Positions 1 through 12,213 of a stretch of 64,000 bases of DNA are shown in pieces. The stretch is from Eledone cirrhosa (taxonomy: Eukaryota). The translations under genes and the position numbers were made by a program. How positions within the stretch are numbered: position 1 is the first letter of the stretch; the number at the start of each line of letters is the position of its first letter. The stretch is from NCBI GenBank assembly GCA_964016885.1, contig OZ024740.1:175212001-175276000 (forward strand), in the 5' to 3' direction. Under the pieces are notes generated by a model, which was given only the letters and a program-made list of their open reading frames with translations, did no database searches and had not been told where the DNA came from.

Positions 1-1881
1 CATTCTTTCCTTGTTATTAATTTCTTGGTTGAGAAATCCACAAAAGAAATATATCGAAGTAACGTGTCGTATATTATTATAAACTTCAACAATAACAACA
101 ATAGCTGTTACAAAACAAAGATGTACCTACCAGAAGATTGAAAATATATATATTTTCTGTAGTAAAAATGTTTTCGTAACAAATATTACTGCCAACTGTT
201 GCGTAATCATTTGGTTTTACTTCCTCGTCCATCGAAAAAGCAATAACAAAAAACGTTCGAGATTTTTTTAATGAATTCGAATGATTTTTTTCCTTTGAAA
301 ACTAGTTGTTATAAAAAATAATACAACTCCTCGTAGGATATTACATTTTTAAAAACTCCAACAAAGCTGTGAGCGTTTGCTTGTAGCCACAACTTAAGGC
401 TAACTCGTCTTGGTTAATAAAAATCAATTGAAAATATCCCATAAGAAATATGTCATTTAAAAAAATCTATATAATATATATTAACTACCACTACTACCAC
501 AAACAATGCAAACAAGGAAATTAATTGAAATACTTTATTAATGACTTATAATTTTTTAAAGCCAATTAAACAATTAACTAATTCCTCGAATCCAAATTAG
601 TCATTAAGCTTCAGGATGAAAAAGATCCGAACGGAATAATGTGTTCTCAAAGTATCTTTTCTTTACAGACCATCACTAACTGAATGCATGATGCACACAC
701 ATTTCCCCATGTCACTATATATATATTATACATCCTATATATCATAACTATAGTTTAGTGTCCTCACCCCACCCCTCTATTGCGCGTATCCCGACTGTTT
801 CCTTATAACTTTCTTAATAATGCGTATTTTAAAATGAAATTTTGCAAGGATACCTTTTCGAAAGTATAGATTACGATTATATTGATGGAAATTAAAAAAT
901 AAAATAGATTTTAACTATTGTATTGATGCCTTCATTTACTGGATACTTTCGATCTGTACATGCAGAGCGAAAAAGAGGCATACATACCGCTATATGGAGG
1001 AAAAGGCACACACACGTACCTATATGCATTTTATATATATATATATATATATATGAGCGAGAGATAAAAAGAAAGAGCGGTATAGCTGTATATAATACAA
1101 GCACATGGTTAAGTGTTCAGTTCATCAGCTGTTGCTACTCATTCCAGTTAGTGAATAAATAGTATGCTACAGTATATAATGATATATATATGCGTAATAT
1201 GTAGTGTGTGTACTTTATTAGATGAATAACTTTATATTTTTCTAAGTGTGTGCGCGTCTAAGTTCGTGTGTGTGTGTACAATACATGTAATTACTGTATA
1301 TATTAGCCTGAGTCGATTATAAAATGTAGGCGTGTGCACAACACCCGCAAGGGTAAGTCTGTTACGCTAGTTTATTAGTCTTCGGCCATAGCATGTTTCA
1401 TGAAGAGTCTGACAAAGTTGTAAGTAAACGAATACGGAATAAACTCTATACAAACAAAACGGAGATGGCACAGGAAAGAACGATGATGGTAAACAGAGAA
1501 AACAATAGCGATGGTGATGGTGATGATGATGATGACGACAGCGATTAATAAACACAAGCAACAATGTTCGATAGAAGATGAAAAGAAAAGAAAAATCAAC
1601 GCTTAAATAATAGTTTATAGTGTATTTTGACTGCGGAAATTAGAAGAAAAAAACTACGTCAGCGAATGAATAGTTTTCTCATGACTAATTAGGGCTACGA
1701 GAATATATACAGATATTATATAAACGAAATGCTTTATAACTATTTTAATGTCGCTAATCAGTAATTTAACGACTGAACATTAGGCTCGTTGACCATTCGT
1801 TTGCTGACATTAAATTTCTGTCCACAGTGAAAAATACAGAAAATCAAATTTGTTTGTTTTTTTCAATTCTGTCAGTGTGTG

Positions 1882-1913
<32 letters not shown>

Positions 1914-3047
1914 CTCCCGTAACAGTTTAATAGCCGCAGTTCAAATTCACGATAATCAGAAAAATGGTGTTGACTGTGTGGGGTGGTGAGAGAGTTGTTG
2001 AACGTCAGTGCAACGGGTGGTAGTGTGCTGTCAGCGTGTGTGTATTATGCATTTTTGTTTGCGTTGTGGCCATCAAGATTTGGGATGTGCCAACCTCCTT
2101 CCTCTTTTTACTTTCTTTCTTCATTCATTCATTCATTCACTCATTCATTCGTCGCTAACAATCAACAATGACAGTTGATAATATCATCCCCTCCACCCAT
2201 ATTTATCAAACGTACTATTAACACACAGACACACACACACGCACAGACACACCTACCCTGCCATTAACAACATATGATGACATCAACACAGAGAGCGGCA
2301 AAAATAATGATGCCTACCTGCTTCTCAAAATTAACATTTCTCCGTCAAGTCAGCCATTTTAAGTACACACACAGGGAGAACTCATTGCTTCTTGCTTTTA
2401 CTCCGTCGCAGACCGCATTATGTTTCCCTTTGCTTTCTATATGTTGTGTGTAAAGTCTGTATAGTGTGGTGAGTTAGGGTTATATGCGAGAAAAAGAGAA
2501 TCAGTGGCATGTGAGAGAGAGAGAGAGAGTAATCGGCAGTGTATATATTGGAGAGAGAGAGCGAGAGAATGATATAATACTGTGTATGCGAAAGAGAGAG
2601 ATTGAGACAGTGTATGTGTGCGAGATAGTTTAATCACCGCGTCGTTTTGTCGATAGAAATAAATTCCATACGGCTGAGAGAAGGAGAGAAAACCACTAAG
2701 CTTGCTGTAGCAATAACAATATTACCACACGTCTACTACTAGTTTTGACCATATATCTACTCAAACTTGCAAAGTATAAATGATTTTTTTTTTTTACTGG
2801 AGTATTTTAAAATTATTTTTGATCGGCAACAAGCAACAAAAAAGTATCAAAATTAAACAAATTCCTTTTCGCTTCCTCTCACCCCACCACCCTCTCTTAC
2901 TTCCTCCCTCAAAACAACTTTCAAACAAAGAGAAAAGAAACGAAAAAGTATAGACATGAAAAAAAACTTAACTTTATTCATAAACGCGCGTGCGCGCGCC
3001 CACACATATACACAAACAGACACACATAGACACATACACGCACACAT

Positions 3048-3080
<33 letters not shown>

Positions 3081-3431
3081 TACGTTATTATGTATACAGA
3101 ATGTAGTCAACAAGTGTTTGTTTTATAAACCGACTAAGCAGCCAGCTAGCAGTCCCACAGAAAGGCAAACAGAAAAAGAGAGATAGAGACGCACACGCAT
3201 ATAGACACAACAACAAACACATACATACGCAAAGAATCATATATAATTACAACATACACATTAATACATGTAGACATACATACAGAATAACTAAACATAA
3301 AAGTATAACAATAATTATTTCAATTCTTATCTTGTATTTTTTTCTTCTTTTTCTTCCTGCCCACCCTCTTCTCTCTCCCCCACTTTTCTTTCTCTCCCAT
3401 CTTCTTTTTTTTTTTCGCTTTCTCTCTCTCT

Positions 3432-3575
3432 GGCTGTGTGCTTAAGGAGTTCGCTTCGCAATCACGCTGTTTCAAGTTCCCTCGCACTGCGTAACACTGT
3501 CTGTTACTACGGCATCGAGTTGACCAATTCCTTATGAATGAAATTTGCTAGACGGAAACTGCAGAAGCCGGTCAT
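3432..3575 (+). mobile_element. Degenerate tRNA-derived SINE
   Basis: Head with A/B-box-like segments (GGCTGTGTGCTTAAG...GTTTCAAGTTCC), ending TAGACGGAAACTG..GAAGCC.GTC before (TA)n; related copy at ~15520-15665. Confidence 0.6.
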
Positions 3576-3688
3576 ATATATATATATATATGTCGACTCT
3601 CCCCGTCCCACGGGAGATTTGGGGTAGAGTGAGCGATGTATTCTCTTGTGAAAATGGGTATAGCTTTCATTATGTAAAATCTCCCCTG

Positions 3689-3789
3689 CCGAGGTTAACT
3701 TTGCCTTTCATCCTTACGGGGCTATAAAATAAAGTACCAGTAATGCACTGGATAATTGCTGGCCTTGTGCCTAAAGTAGAAACAATTAT
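3689..3789 (+). mobile_element. SINE 3' fragment (family also at 32005-32395, 35305-35490, 40580-40800)
   Basis: Shared motif CCGAGGTTAACTTTGCCTTTCATCCTTACGGGG..ATAAAATAAAGTACCAGT..GGCCTTGTGCCTAAAGTAGAAACAATT. Confidence 0.75.
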
Positions 3790-3954
3790 GTAAAATCTCC
3801 ACATTTTGCTTCATTTCAACCCCTTTTGGGCCCCTTTTTTTTCATGGTACTCCCCACTTGGGTTTTTAGCGGTTGGCAGCTCTGATATATATATATATAT
3901 GTATTTAATTTGTTTTGCGAGATTTTTTTTATCTGAAAACGTGTGTTGAAACAT

Positions 3955-4392
3955 ATTGTTAAACTTTGCGAGGGTCATGCTGCCAATTAAAACACACGCA
4001 CCTGTTGGTTTTCACTTCAATTTATTATAAGTTTCCGGTTGGCTGGTTGGTTCGATAACCGGAAGGTTGTTTATATATTGTCAATGCTCTTTCGTCACAC
4101 ACTCTGTGACTAGGTTTTCATTTTGTGTCTCTTCTCTGTTTTGTCCTACACCATCTTGTTTTTGTGACACAACACACAAAAGCAAGATGGTGTAGGTCAG
4201 AACAAAGGAGACACAAAATAAAAACCAAGTCACTGAGGAGGTCACAGAATGTGTGACGAAAGAGCTTTGACAATATATAAACAACCTTCCGGTTATCTAA
4301 CCAACCAACCGGAAATTTATAATAAATTGAAGTGAAAACCAACAGGTGCGTGTGTTTTAATTGGCAGCATGACCTTCGCAAAGTATAACAAT
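3955..4392. repeat. Imperfect palindrome (~210-bp arms) of a Penelope-type pLTR
   Basis: 3955-4166 is the reverse complement of ~4173-4392; hammerhead in right arm; same family at 7170-7488 plus 8332-8398. Confidence 0.8.
4229..4271 (+). ncRNA. Minimal type-I hammerhead ribozyme
   Basis: GUCA-CUGAGGAG-GUCACA..UGUGAC-GAAA-GAGC-UU-UGAC; stem I GUCA/UGAC; mutated copy 7362-7404, degenerate relative ~46288-46325. Confidence 0.7.
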
Positions 4393-4768
4393 ACATATAT
4401 ATATATGTGTCTGCGTGTGTGTGTGTGTGTTATATGTATGTGTGTTTATGTTAACAAATAAAGATCGATAAAACAAGTACCGGACTTTTAAAAAAGGGGG
4501 TGCCCCAACATGATCGAAGTCACATGACAGAAACCAGTAAATATATATATATAGTTGAAATGGACGAACAAAGCACAGGAGGCAATTGTACACAGTTATA
4601 TTAGGTTCGTTTACATGTTATTTATGTTTCTATTGTGTATCGACCTGTGTATCACTGAATCATTGGAATTCCGTCCGAAACGTATAGTTAATAAATTAAA
4701 CAAAACAAACACAGGGATGCAATAATACAAAGTAATATTAGGTTCACGCTTAGAAGAAGTGGGGAGGG

Positions 4769-4802
4769 TTCTACGTTTCGGACGGAAGTCTTTCATCAGG
4801 AA
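4769..4802 (-). ncRNA. Minimal type-I hammerhead ribozyme
   Basis: Minus strand UUC-CUGAUGA-AAGAC uucc GUCC-GAAA-CG-UA-GAA; stem I UUC/GAA; palindromic stem III (ACGU). Confidence 0.7.
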
Positions 4803-5182
4803 ATTTCGGATAAGGAGAGAAGAAGTAGGTACTTGAAAGTCTGTGTGAAAGTTAGGAAAAGTAGTTAGGAAATGGGTGTTAGGAATAGATTAGTTGGTTG
4901 GGGGTTGTAGGCGAGAGTATATCAATAATACAACACGATAGCGTCAGATTATCATGATGTAGCCATTTCACCAAAGAAATACGTATCATGGTTATTACAT
5001 AATTAATTAAATAATTAAATCTAGCCTTCGTGGTTGTTTATTGATGTTTAACTTGATCAAACGATGCCATATTAAAATTGATAGAATACACATGAAGTCA
5101 AATGCGTTTCCGTATGTCAGTCACCATGGTTTTCTTAATCAAAACACCTGCTACCAATTAGGAAAAAGCCTATAACGCACAC

Positions 5183-5285
<103 letters not shown>

Positions 5286-6075
5286 GGTAATTTACTATTT
5301 TACGTTCACAAACTCAAATAAACATTATCGCTAGTTATGTCTGGAGGTCGAAAGTGAAACTGTTAAGCGGTGAATTAAGCTTAAAAGTTTCACTTTTGAA
5401 AATTACTTTCACTTCTGACCTGGAGGTCGACCTGCTACTGCGCCAAAATATATTGTTCCACCAGATGAAGTAATGAATAGCACTCAAATTTTGGCTGAGA
5501 AATATAATATAACCAAACTTGCAAGAGATGTAACTGTAGTTGGAGTTGTATACAGTGGTGTGCACGTAGACGGCTTTTACGCAATACTTTGATTTGTGAC
5601 TCCTGTAGTGTTGAATGCTTCCTAATTAATAGAGGTGATATATCTGATGGCAAAATATGGTATTGCAGTAGATTGATGTAATTTTTGTCGCGAGGCATGT
5701 GAGATGTGGCTTGAGCAAAACCCCCCAACAAATAGGTGGGATTAATGAGGGGTCGATAAAATAAAGTACCAGTAATGCACTGGGTAATTGCTGGCCTTGT
5801 GCCTAAAGTAGAAACAATTAATGAGGATGAGAATCAATGACGGTGGAAGTGGATGAAACTAAATTTTTTCATCGAAAATATCACTTTTAATTCTGTCTCT
5901 TTTTGTATCTAATAATTTCTCTCTCTCTTTTTCAATAAATAACCTAACCCTAACCCTAAACCCTAGTCAGTAATTTTACTTGTGGTTCACCGCTTAACAG
6001 TTTCACTTTCGACCTCCAGACATAACTAGCGATAATGTTTATTTGAGTTTGTGAACGTAAAATAGTAAATTGCCC
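5286..6075. mobile_element. MITE / non-autonomous DNA transposon with ~89-bp TIRs
   Basis: 5286-5374 is a near-perfect reverse complement of 5986-6074; TA-rich flanks; SINE tail inside at 5749-5821. Confidence 0.75.
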
Positions 6076-6676
6076 ATATATATATAGTGTACATGTGTAC
6101 AGAGTAATGACCCCATTAGCACTGCAGATAAGCTCCTAAAATGCATCGCTCAACGAAACAGCGCTCTATACAGTTGTTATGATATTAGCTTGATCAGCGA
6201 TTTTTAACAATAGTATGGATCCGAATAAAGATGATTGGCATCGCCAAGCGATCGAAAAGTTCAGAAATTCGCAGTGAACACTGTGACAGCTCTATGTTTA
6301 TTTCCTTTTTAAATAAATTTTAAACAGTATCACCAATTAAAGGAAACATCAGGATATATCAAAATCTCCACTATATTCTGATTAAGGAAAATATTTCGTT
6401 TCTCATTGAAGCCGTTAAGAAAAGGTGACTAGAAGATTGACACATCAATCGATATCTATTCAGTCACATATACAAAAATTGCCTAACATCGTTATATAAT
6501 ACATGAACGACATTTAAGAAGGCAGAAAACATCGCGAGTAGATTTCATTAAAAAAATTTATTTGGGGCGGAGGGGACAAAACATTTTCATTTAAAAGAAC
6601 ATTTCAAAAATTAAAAATAATTCTTTAAATGATAAGTTTAAAGGGATTTATAGCAGTAATACTTTTGTGTGTGTGT

Positions 6677-6679
<3 letters not shown>

Positions 6680-6774
<95 letters not shown>

Positions 6775-6787
6775 GTATGTATATGTA

Positions 6788-6834
<47 letters not shown>
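6680..6834. repeat. (CT)n + (TA)n compound microsatellite
   Basis: Direct reading; one of many arrays (e.g. 5198-5279 CA, 30815-30938 CT, 55046-55247 TA). Confidence 0.95.
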
Positions 6835-6837
<3 letters not shown>

Positions 6838-7488
6838 GGAAAAAATGAAACGAAATTTCATTTCCCATTCTTAGTACGGCTGTTACTTAAATATAAGTAT
6901 GTACACGTACATACATATATGTATACAGACGTACAGTAGTATGTATATATATATACATACATGCACACATATATATATATGTACGTATGGATTCACCGAA
7001 CATTTATTATAATGCTCGGTGTGTTTGTAAACAAACATCGCGTATTAAGCCGTAGTGTCCAGCAACCATCGTTGCTCGTTTGTTCAACACTGACAAAGGA
7101 ACGCTGTACTAGTTTCAAGCTTATTAGCTATCGTCAGCAACGTATACCTCTAAACATCACAACTAAAAATTAAGGACAAAATGAAAACACACACACACAC
7201 ATAGAACAAACAACCAACCAGTAACATGTAAATAAACAAATAAAAACAAACACAAACACCCGGATGTAACACATGCGCAAACTAAGCACACAACACACAC
7301 AAAAACAAGATGGCGTAGGACAGAACAAAGTAGAGGCACAAAACAAAGAAAAGAATCTCCAGTCACTGAAGAGGTCACAGAATGTGTGACGAAAAAACTT
7401 TGACAATATATGAACAACTGTCTGGTTGTGGAACCAACCAACCGGAAATTTATAAATTGTTAAATTTATAAATTTAATTTATAATAAA

Positions 7489-8331
7489 CTAGCAGTAAAG
7501 CCCGGCGTTGCTCGGGGTCGCTCAGTAGCTGTGTTAAAGTTACAATGTTAAGTTTCTTTCTTGGCTTAAAAACTGTAGTGTCTACTGTGCAGACTTGCAT
7601 GTGGTGTTTTTGATTAATATTCCCTCAACCAACAATATGCCTTATGAAGTTAAGAAAACATAACGATAACCCGAATGTTATAACAAAAGAGGATGCTGGG
7701 GATAGAAACTGCACTGGTTATTTATTAACAAAGATCGAAAATGTAAACACTGCAACGCAGAGAAAAACATTAGCGTAACCAAATTATCAGTTATGTCTGT
7801 CTGCACGCCTATATCACCTCTCTGCACGACTGTCTGTCTGCACGCCTATATCACCTCTCTGCACGACTGTCTGTCTGCACGACTGTCTGTCTGCACGCCT
7901 AACGACGAAATATTTGCTTGTTTTACGTAGTCTTTAAATAGACTTGTTTTCAAGTAAAAATATTGTTTTAAAATGCTTTTAAATGGAAATGAAGCAAAAC
8001 GGAAGTTTAGTGTTCGAACTGATGAATTTTGCAGGTCATTATTTTGCTGGCTCGACAACGCTGAGAAAGCCAGCGTAATTTTTTACGTAAGACGCTCAAT
8101 GTAAACAGAACAAAGGGAAATAACTGATAACTTACGCTCAAAAATCGATACATTATATTCGATTTCGTCACATAGGGTGGGTCAATTTGAAATATTTTTT
8201 TTTCCGATGTCTTCGCTAGGGCTCAACGTACAAGTATAGCAATTTCGGTGCAATTCCGTGAGAGATTCTAAGAGGAGATGTGTGCCAAAAATCGATAGAC
8301 AGACAGACAACCACAGTTTTATATATATAGA
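7489..8331 (-). mobile_element. Non-autonomous Helitron (843 bp)
   Basis: Minus strand begins TCTATATATATAAAA, ends with CCCGAGCAACGCCGGG hairpin then CTAG; sits between A and T; joined flanks match the uninterrupted paralogue at ~4319-4350; internal tandem repeats 7795-7900. Confidence 0.85.
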
Positions 8332-8391
8332 TTGGAGTGAAAGCAACTGGTGCGTGTGTTTCTTATCGGCAACATGACCCTCCCAAAGTAT

Positions 8392-8471
<80 letters not shown>

Positions 8472-8585
8472 CGAAGGAAATGTGGTAAGGAACCAGGTGG
8501 ACCATAACGCACCAAAGTACTCAATACTCAGTCCAGAATTAGCCGTCGAAACAGCCTGAGCTCAGCCGTCGGGGTCCTACTCTTT

Positions 8586-8641
<56 letters not shown>

Positions 8642-8679
8642 TATAACAATATATATATATATATATACATATATATGTA

Positions 8680-9582
8680 TTATAAAAGTGGATGAATACC
8701 TCAACAGGTACAATGTACTTGTAGAAATATGCAATTTGTTTATAATATTTGTGGTTCAATGGTACTAATTCGAGATGCCAGAACAATATAAAGAGTAGCG
8801 AAGCAAGCGGTTATCAAACAATTCTCTAAATAAATTAAAAAACGATTTAAATAATCACCTGTTCCAATGCTGTTACAAACGGCTTCATCATTCCAAAAGA
8901 TTGGAAATCCAGAGAATTTCCAATGGAAAGAAATGAATCTTCAGACAGCCTATTTCTACACCATAAGGTTGCAAACCCTATAGTAAGTAAATATTTCGCT
9001 TCCTGCCCAACGCATGCGGTCAAGCCGTTAAAATGACACACGCAAAATCAGGTCGCTGATAATAGCTGTATATTATAAACATGTTGATATTGCCACTAAA
9101 ATTAGCAGCATTATTCAACGTTTTGTTCTCTACATAAGGAGAAAAATTATAAAAGTGGATGAATACCTCAACAGGTACTATGTACTTGTAGAAATATGCA
9201 ATTTGTTTATAATATTTGTGGTTCAATGGTACTAATTCGAGATGCCAGAACAATATAAAACGTAGCGAAGCAAGCGGTTATCAAACAATTCTCTAAATAA
9301 ATTAAAAAACGATTTAAATAATCACCTGTTCCAATGCTGTTACCGACGGTTTCATCATTCCAAAAGATTGGACAGGAAGCGAAATATTTACTTACTATAG
9401 GGTTTGCAACCTTATAGTGTGGAAATAGGCTGTCTGAAGATTCATTTCTTTCCATTGGAAATTCTTTGGATTTCCAATCTTTTGGAATGATAAAACCGTC
9501 GGTAACAGCATTGGAACAGGTGATTATTTAAATCGTTTTTAATTTATTTGAGAATTGTTTGATAACCGCTTGCTTCGCTACT
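8680..9582. repeat. Rearranged pLTR-like element (direct plus inverted duplications) between (TA)n arrays
   Basis: 8680-8905 repeated at 9148-9372; 9373-9582 is the reverse complement of 8794-9005. Confidence 0.8.
9429..9509 (+). ncRNA. Hammerhead ribozyme with extended stem II (core-mutated copy)
   Basis: GCUGU-CUGAAGA-UUCAUUUC..GGAAUGAU-(A)AAA-CCGUCGG-UA-ACAGC; sister partial copy 9336-9372 (minus) keeps intact GAAA. Confidence 0.65.
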
Positions 9583-9616
9583 TTTTACATATATATGTAT
9601 ATATATAAGTATAACA

Positions 9617-9723
<107 letters not shown>

Positions 9724-9729
9724 TATATA

Positions 9730-10542
9730 CATAGGTATAGAAAAATTCTTAATAGGAACAATATAAAAATATCCTTCTCTACTACTCCTAACGTAGGAAC
9801 AACGAACCACAGTAATATCACCAAGACGCAGCACCTCGACACAGACGCACCTACACCTGACAATAACTATATCGGCCTTAACAACTCCCTGGCAGCATCC
9901 AATAGTGTTAGCAACGGCATCCGCAGACGCAACCAGCATAACCGCGAAATGACTGGGGAACATGCAGGACATGACGTGCGGAATAACAATTGCACCACCC
10001 CGCGTGCTGTGGGTTGTAATGGTGCTAACGACAGCTGCAGTAGCGTAGGTAACAACGTAGGCAGCAACAATGATAGCCTTACCGTGGGAAATAGACGGAA
10101 CCGCGACAGAAATTGCAACTGCCGCGACAGAGGACGCTGCCCCCTTAGAGGATACTGCTTGACTGATAGGGTTATATATAGATGCACTATTACTAGCCAC
10201 AATAGCGTTAAACATTATATAGGGGTTACCTCCGGCCCGTTCAAAATTAGGTTTCGAACACATCTCCACTCTTTCACAAATAGAAAACTAAGGCACTAAA
10301 CTTCGCTCGCGGACTACATCACATCACTAAAGGACTTAAACATCAGCTTCTCCACGCACTGGGAGATTGTCGGCAGGGCTGCACCGTACAACTTCAAGAG
10401 GAAATGCGATCTTTGCCTCATGGAGCTCTACCACATCATAACTGCACCCCACGAGCTCATCAACAGCAGAGCTGAAACAGCGATAAGTTGTACACATCGC
10501 TTAAAAATATCCTTCTTCAGATGGGTTAAGGATGAGGAGTGA
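9730..10542 (+). pseudogene. Penelope-like element GIY-YIG endonuclease region, Naiad-type, 5'-truncated with internal stop
   Basis: [11 protein letters not shown] (CxCx5C linker), VIY..YIGVT..FKIR..H; frame continues past TAA 10297 with WEI..APY..CDLCL.E..CTH. Confidence 0.8.
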
Positions 10543-10825
10543 AACCGTACACCGGATCTCCCTGCAACAAGTCTTAACACCCCGGCGGGCAGGCGCTGCA
10601 AAATAACAATCCTTGCATACCAGACCCAGCCTCAGACAAACAGATACGGCAAAAAAAAAAAAAAAAAAATTTGTCCGGGAAAGACTGCCCTAACACCGGC
10701 CAGAGTTACCTCCCTTGACCTGCTGTAAAATCAAAACAAGCTATTTTTGCGAGCAATGAACCTTGATGTGGATTTAACCCCCAAAACTCCCCCGAGCAAT
10801 ATAAGGAACACTTTTGATTATTTAT

Positions 10826-10865
10826 GCCCTTGAGAAGCCCAACTGGGCGAAACGTACGTAGGTGC
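10826..10865 (+). ncRNA. Hammerhead ribozyme (U3-A8 variant) in Naiad 3' pLTR
   Basis: CC-UUGAGAA-GCCC aacu GGGC-GAAA-CGUACG-UA-GG; copies at 37969-38007 (-) and 38624-38662 (+). Confidence 0.7.
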
Positions 10866-10919
10866 TGTTTTAAATAAACATGTTTTAACGGTCTATTCTC
10901 CGATTTTTTACTTTCCCGC

Positions 10920-10966
<47 letters not shown>

Positions 10967-11076
10967 TGTAAAAGTGTATTCATTGAGTAATCAACGAACC
11001 ATATTAATATATATATATATATGTATATATATATACACACATATATATATATATGTATATATATACATATATATAT

Positions 11077-11168
<92 letters not shown>

Positions 11169-11369
11169 TCATTTCATTTTACGTACGCTTTTTCCCTGCT
11201 TGCAAGGGTGGGACGGGAGCTGATTTTGGCTTGTTTTCTACAGCTGGATGCGCTTCCTAACACCAATCTCATTTACAGTGAGTGGTGGGTGCTTTTTTGC
11301 CGTGGCACCTCCACGACCACTTTGCAGTGGAATGATATGGACCTCAGTCCCTATCATCTCATTTCTACA

Positions 11370-11468
11370 GCTGAGTAAACTGGAGCAATGTGAAATAAAG
11401 TGTCTTGCTCAAGGAAACAACACATCACCCGGTCGGAGAATTGAACTCACAACCTTTCGATTGCAAGG

Positions 11469-11472
<4 letters not shown>
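11370..11472 (-). mobile_element. tRNA-derived SINE head fragment
   Basis: Minus strand GGTTGTGAGTTCAATTCTCC..CCTTGAGCAAGACACTTTATTTCAC; same family at 14890-15120, 56165-56490, 57040-57150. Confidence 0.7.
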
Positions 11473-11530
<58 letters not shown>

Positions 11531-11634
11531 TATAACGAAGGAAATGTGGTAAGGAACCAAATGGACCATAACGTACCAAAGTACTCAATACTTAGGGTAG
11601 TAGAGTGGGTAATAGTTCCTATAATATACTTGTT

Positions 11635-11664
<30 letters not shown>

Positions 11665-11668
<4 letters not shown>

Positions 11669-12062
11669 TAAAAGGAATTCCAACTTTGTCTGATTTACTC
11701 GTTTTATTTACAATCCTTTAAAATTATAATGATATTATAATGAAATAGTATGGTAGAATATTAAATGTTAAGTGTTAATTGAACAAGTACTTTCATGATT
11801 TCGTAATCTTCAGGTGCATATTCAGTGGTAACAGTCAAGTTTGCTATTTGCAACTGTGAAAATTTTCAACAGTTGAAAATAGCAAACTTGACTGTTACCA
11901 CTGAATATGGACCTGAAGATTACGAAATCATGAAAGTACTTGTTCAATTAACACTTAACATTTAATATTCCACCATACTATTTCATTATAATATCATTAT
12001 AATTTTAAAGGATTGTAAATAAAACGAGTAAATCAGACAAAGTTGGAATTCCTTTTATTAAT
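11665..12062. repeat. Near-perfect palindrome (~185-bp arms) in (TA)n
   Basis: 11665-11849 vs 11877-12062 with about 2 mismatches, ~27-bp spacer, ~30-bp unpaired tail to 12093. Confidence 0.9.
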
Positions 12063-12092
12063 ATAATCTTCTATACACAATCATACACACCC

Positions 12093-12145
<53 letters not shown>

Positions 12146-12172
12146 TAGTTCCACAACAGTTAATTCACCATA

Positions 12173-12213
12173 CCGAGAACAAATGTTTTACCTTATGCGG
12201 ATCCTCAGCTCGG
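12173..12213 (-). ncRNA. Degenerate hammerhead (family of 50799-50836)
   Basis: CCGAG-CUGAGGA-UCC..GGU-AAAA-CAUUUG-UU-CUCGG; GAAA mutated. Confidence 0.55.

Noticed and set aside
5940-5965. TAACCC repeats as telomeric sequence
   Set aside because: Only 3-4 imperfect units, internal to a MITE
10297-10800. Selenocysteine recoding in the Naiad-type element
   Set aside because: The internal stop is TAA, not TGA, and the ATGA..AA..GA segment near 10756 does not form a convincing SECIS stem
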